Source: a virus. From it: a stretch of 54,351 nucleotides of DNA. A program made the translations under genes and the position numbers. The number at the start of each line of letters is the position of its first letter. Position 1 is the first letter of the stretch. The DNA is taken from the IMG/VR virus record IMGVR_UViG_3300045988_082110, positions 1 through 54,351 of that record; one strand, given 5' to 3'. Shown here in pieces: positions 52,897-54,351 of this stretch. The notes below the pieces were generated by a model. The model was not told the DNA's origin and did not search any database. It saw nothing but the letters and a program-made list of their open reading frames with translations.

Positions 52897-53273
52897 TGAG
52901 AAGAGTGATACAGCTTCCGAAGTACGATTGGAGCATAGTATGTTTCATAGGTTATCAGCCTTCTGATGCCGATGAGATATGCCATGCTCTTTCTGATATT
53001 AGATGTAGCGGAAATCCATTATCGGAAGCATACGAACATCTAACCAAGTAGAGTGGAGATAGAGGGTTGACTTATTCTAACCTAGCAGAAAGAAGGAGCG
53101 TGCTTGCCATTGGGGAGTGTGAATCTGATGGTAGCATCATCAATACAATAGGTCATGAGCTTCTTCATGTGGTAGCGCATATCTGTGAGCAGGATGGTAT
53201 TGATATGCTGAGCGAAGAGCCATGCTATATGATGGGGAGTTTATGCGAGAAGTTCTTCAAGATGTATTGTTAA
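52893..53273 (+). pseudogene. Small HExxH protein interrupted by one in-frame TAG (53049-53051): pseudogene or read-through gene
   Basis: MMRRVIQLPKYDW...AYEHLTK-TAG-SGDRGLTYSNLAERRSVLAIGE...IGHELLHVVAHI. Both halves are in the same frame (53067-52893 = 174). Confidence 0.6.
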
Positions 53274-53410
53274 TATGTATAGGGAGGAGGCATGATATTT
53301 GCTTGGTGGATTGGTGCAGGCTTGCTGCTTACGCTTATTTTAAATTTATAATTTGCAAAATTACGAAATTCCACCCCCCCGTACAAAATGTATTAACGTT
53401 TATTAAAACT

Positions 53411-53449
53411 AATTATACGTATGCAACAATCAGTTGCATACGTATAATT
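53411..53449. terminator. Perfect 17-bp inverted repeat with a 5-nt loop between convergent units
   Basis: AATTATACGTATGCAAC-aatca-GTTGCATACGTATAATT. The right arm abuts the tail fibre stop codon. Confidence 0.65.
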
Positions 53450-54351
53450 TATGAATTTCTAATGTCATTGTTCCATGATTGCATTCTAAATCTACCAGTT
53501 CCTGCATCGTTTTCACCATTAATATATGGTGCTTTTGTCATAGAACAATTATTTACAACAAATGTGCTATACTTCAAACTATCACCTAACTGAGATACAA
53601 TTATAGTTCCGTCTTTAAAATAAGCATCCTTTATCATTACAGAATTACAGAAGTTGCTTCCAAAATTTGACTGAGGATTATGATAGCTAATAACTTGGTC
53701 TAAGTTACTCTTATTGATGTCAATGTTCTTGGACTCATAATAACCACCGATGATTTGAATATCGCCATGTTCACCAAGTCCACCTCCAATACACTGACAC
53801 GTTTTAAAGTATGTCTTATTTGTGTTGTCAAGAACCATCCTGCAATTATCGTACAGATGTTTATAGCATCCCTTACCATTACATTCATCATGGACAACAT
53901 ATCTTGTGTTAGTACATTCAAACTCTCCACCATGTATTTCAAAGTCACTTCCTCCAATATCAGTTGTTTCAATAGCATTCAAAGGAGAAAATCTTTCTAA
54001 GCTTGCATTAAGCGTACCTGTGTAATTTGCTATTATTTTTGCACCTTGTGAGAAAAAGATTCGTACACCTCTTCCGATTTTAGGACCATAATATCCTGCG
54101 GCACTGTCTGAATCAATCTTTGCAATGGTCAACTCCGCAACAATATCATAAGTACCGGCATCTACATATAAGTCAACATTTCTTTTTGCTACAGCAGCAG
54201 CTAAGCCATCAGTAAACTTGGTGAACTCTCGATTTGCTCCAACGTACATTTTTGCTCTGCTTTCTATTATGTCAACATCAGATTTGAGTGTATCAACATC
54301 AGATTTGAGTGTATCAACATCAGATTTGAGTGTATCAACATCAGATTTGAG
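53449..54351 (-). CDS. Tail fibre, C-terminal part (possible beta-helix receptor-binding or depolymerase domain)
   Basis: The track ORF 53449..54249 stays open upstream to 54351 (LKSDVDT x3, LKSDVDIIESRAK-MYVGANREF). It is in frame with the 1..1556 ORF once the 77-bp overlap is collapsed (1556+826 nt = 794 codons). The beta-helix idea is a weak by-eye impression (VDLYVDAGTYD, repeated G/N-rich strands). Confidence 0.7.
   Translation of the reverse strand, partial: LKSDVDTLKSDVDTLKSDVDTLKSDVDIIESRAKMYVGANREFTKFTDGLAAAVAKRNVDLYVDAGTYDIVAELTIAKIDSDSAAGYYGPKIGRGVRIFFSQGAKIIANYTGTLNASLERFSPLNAIETTDIGGSDFEIHGGEFECTNTRYVVHDECNGKGCYKHLYDNCRMVLDNTNKTYFKTCQCIGGGLGEHGDIQIIGGYYESKNIDINKSNLDQVISYHNPQSNFGSNFCNSVMIKDAYFKDGTIIVSQLGDSLKYSTFVVNNCSMTKAPYINGENDAGTGRFRMQSWNNDIRNS
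54275..54351. repeat. Second copy of the 77-bp terminal identity (assembly overlap of a circular or terminally redundant genome)
   Basis: Identical to 1-77. It is preceded by unique sequence (tatgtca), and the copy at the window start is followed by unique sequence (agaggttt). Confidence 0.95.

Noticed and set aside
1-54351. Genome-wide stop-codon reassignment (TAG or TGA recoding, as seen in some gut phages)
   Set aside because: Under the standard code, all large genes, including the 3,896-aa ORF, are intact. TAG, TGA and TAA all terminate well-defined genes (for example TAG ends the portal and endolysin genes). Only one gene has an internal TAG.

Overview
This window looks like a complete, circularly closed dsDNA phage genome. 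The first and last 77 bp are identical, so the unique length is about 54,274 bp. The host is probably Bacteroidota, because many transcription units start with the -7 box TAnnTTTG. There are four transcription blocks. (1) Minus strand, 5706 down through position 1 and continuing at the window end to 53449: a DNA-binding protein, a rhomboid protease, TerL, two small ORFs, and a tail fibre gene that crosses the circular junction. (2) Plus strand, 5839-14714: scaffold-like protein, major capsid protein, portal, a holin/GH19 endolysin/u-spanin cassette and two virion ORFs. (3) Minus strand, 33909-14811: an early module with Rha/KilAC, HTH proteins, ERF, PD-(D/E)XK exonuclease, SSB-like protein, VRR-NUC, a fragmented multi-TRD C5-methyltransferase, a MazG-like protein, a ThyX-like protein and many small ORFs, followed by a 997-aa virion protein operon. 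(4) Plus strand, 34065-53273: CI-like repressor, a non-coding region, RNase H, a pilot-like protein and a 3,896-aa ORF. I found no integrase, DNA polymerase, tail tube, sheath or tape measure, which suggests a podovirus-like virion. The most notable items are: the polyvalent giant ORF with a recurring module-boundary motif; a six-fold conserved late-promoter element (AACGGATAA-N24-TAnnTTTG); a phage rhomboid protease; a tRNA whose anticodon arm is 3 nt too long; the shattered multi-TRD methyltransferase; and an in-frame TAG inside a small HExxH gene. All calls are by-eye motif reading. No searches were run.
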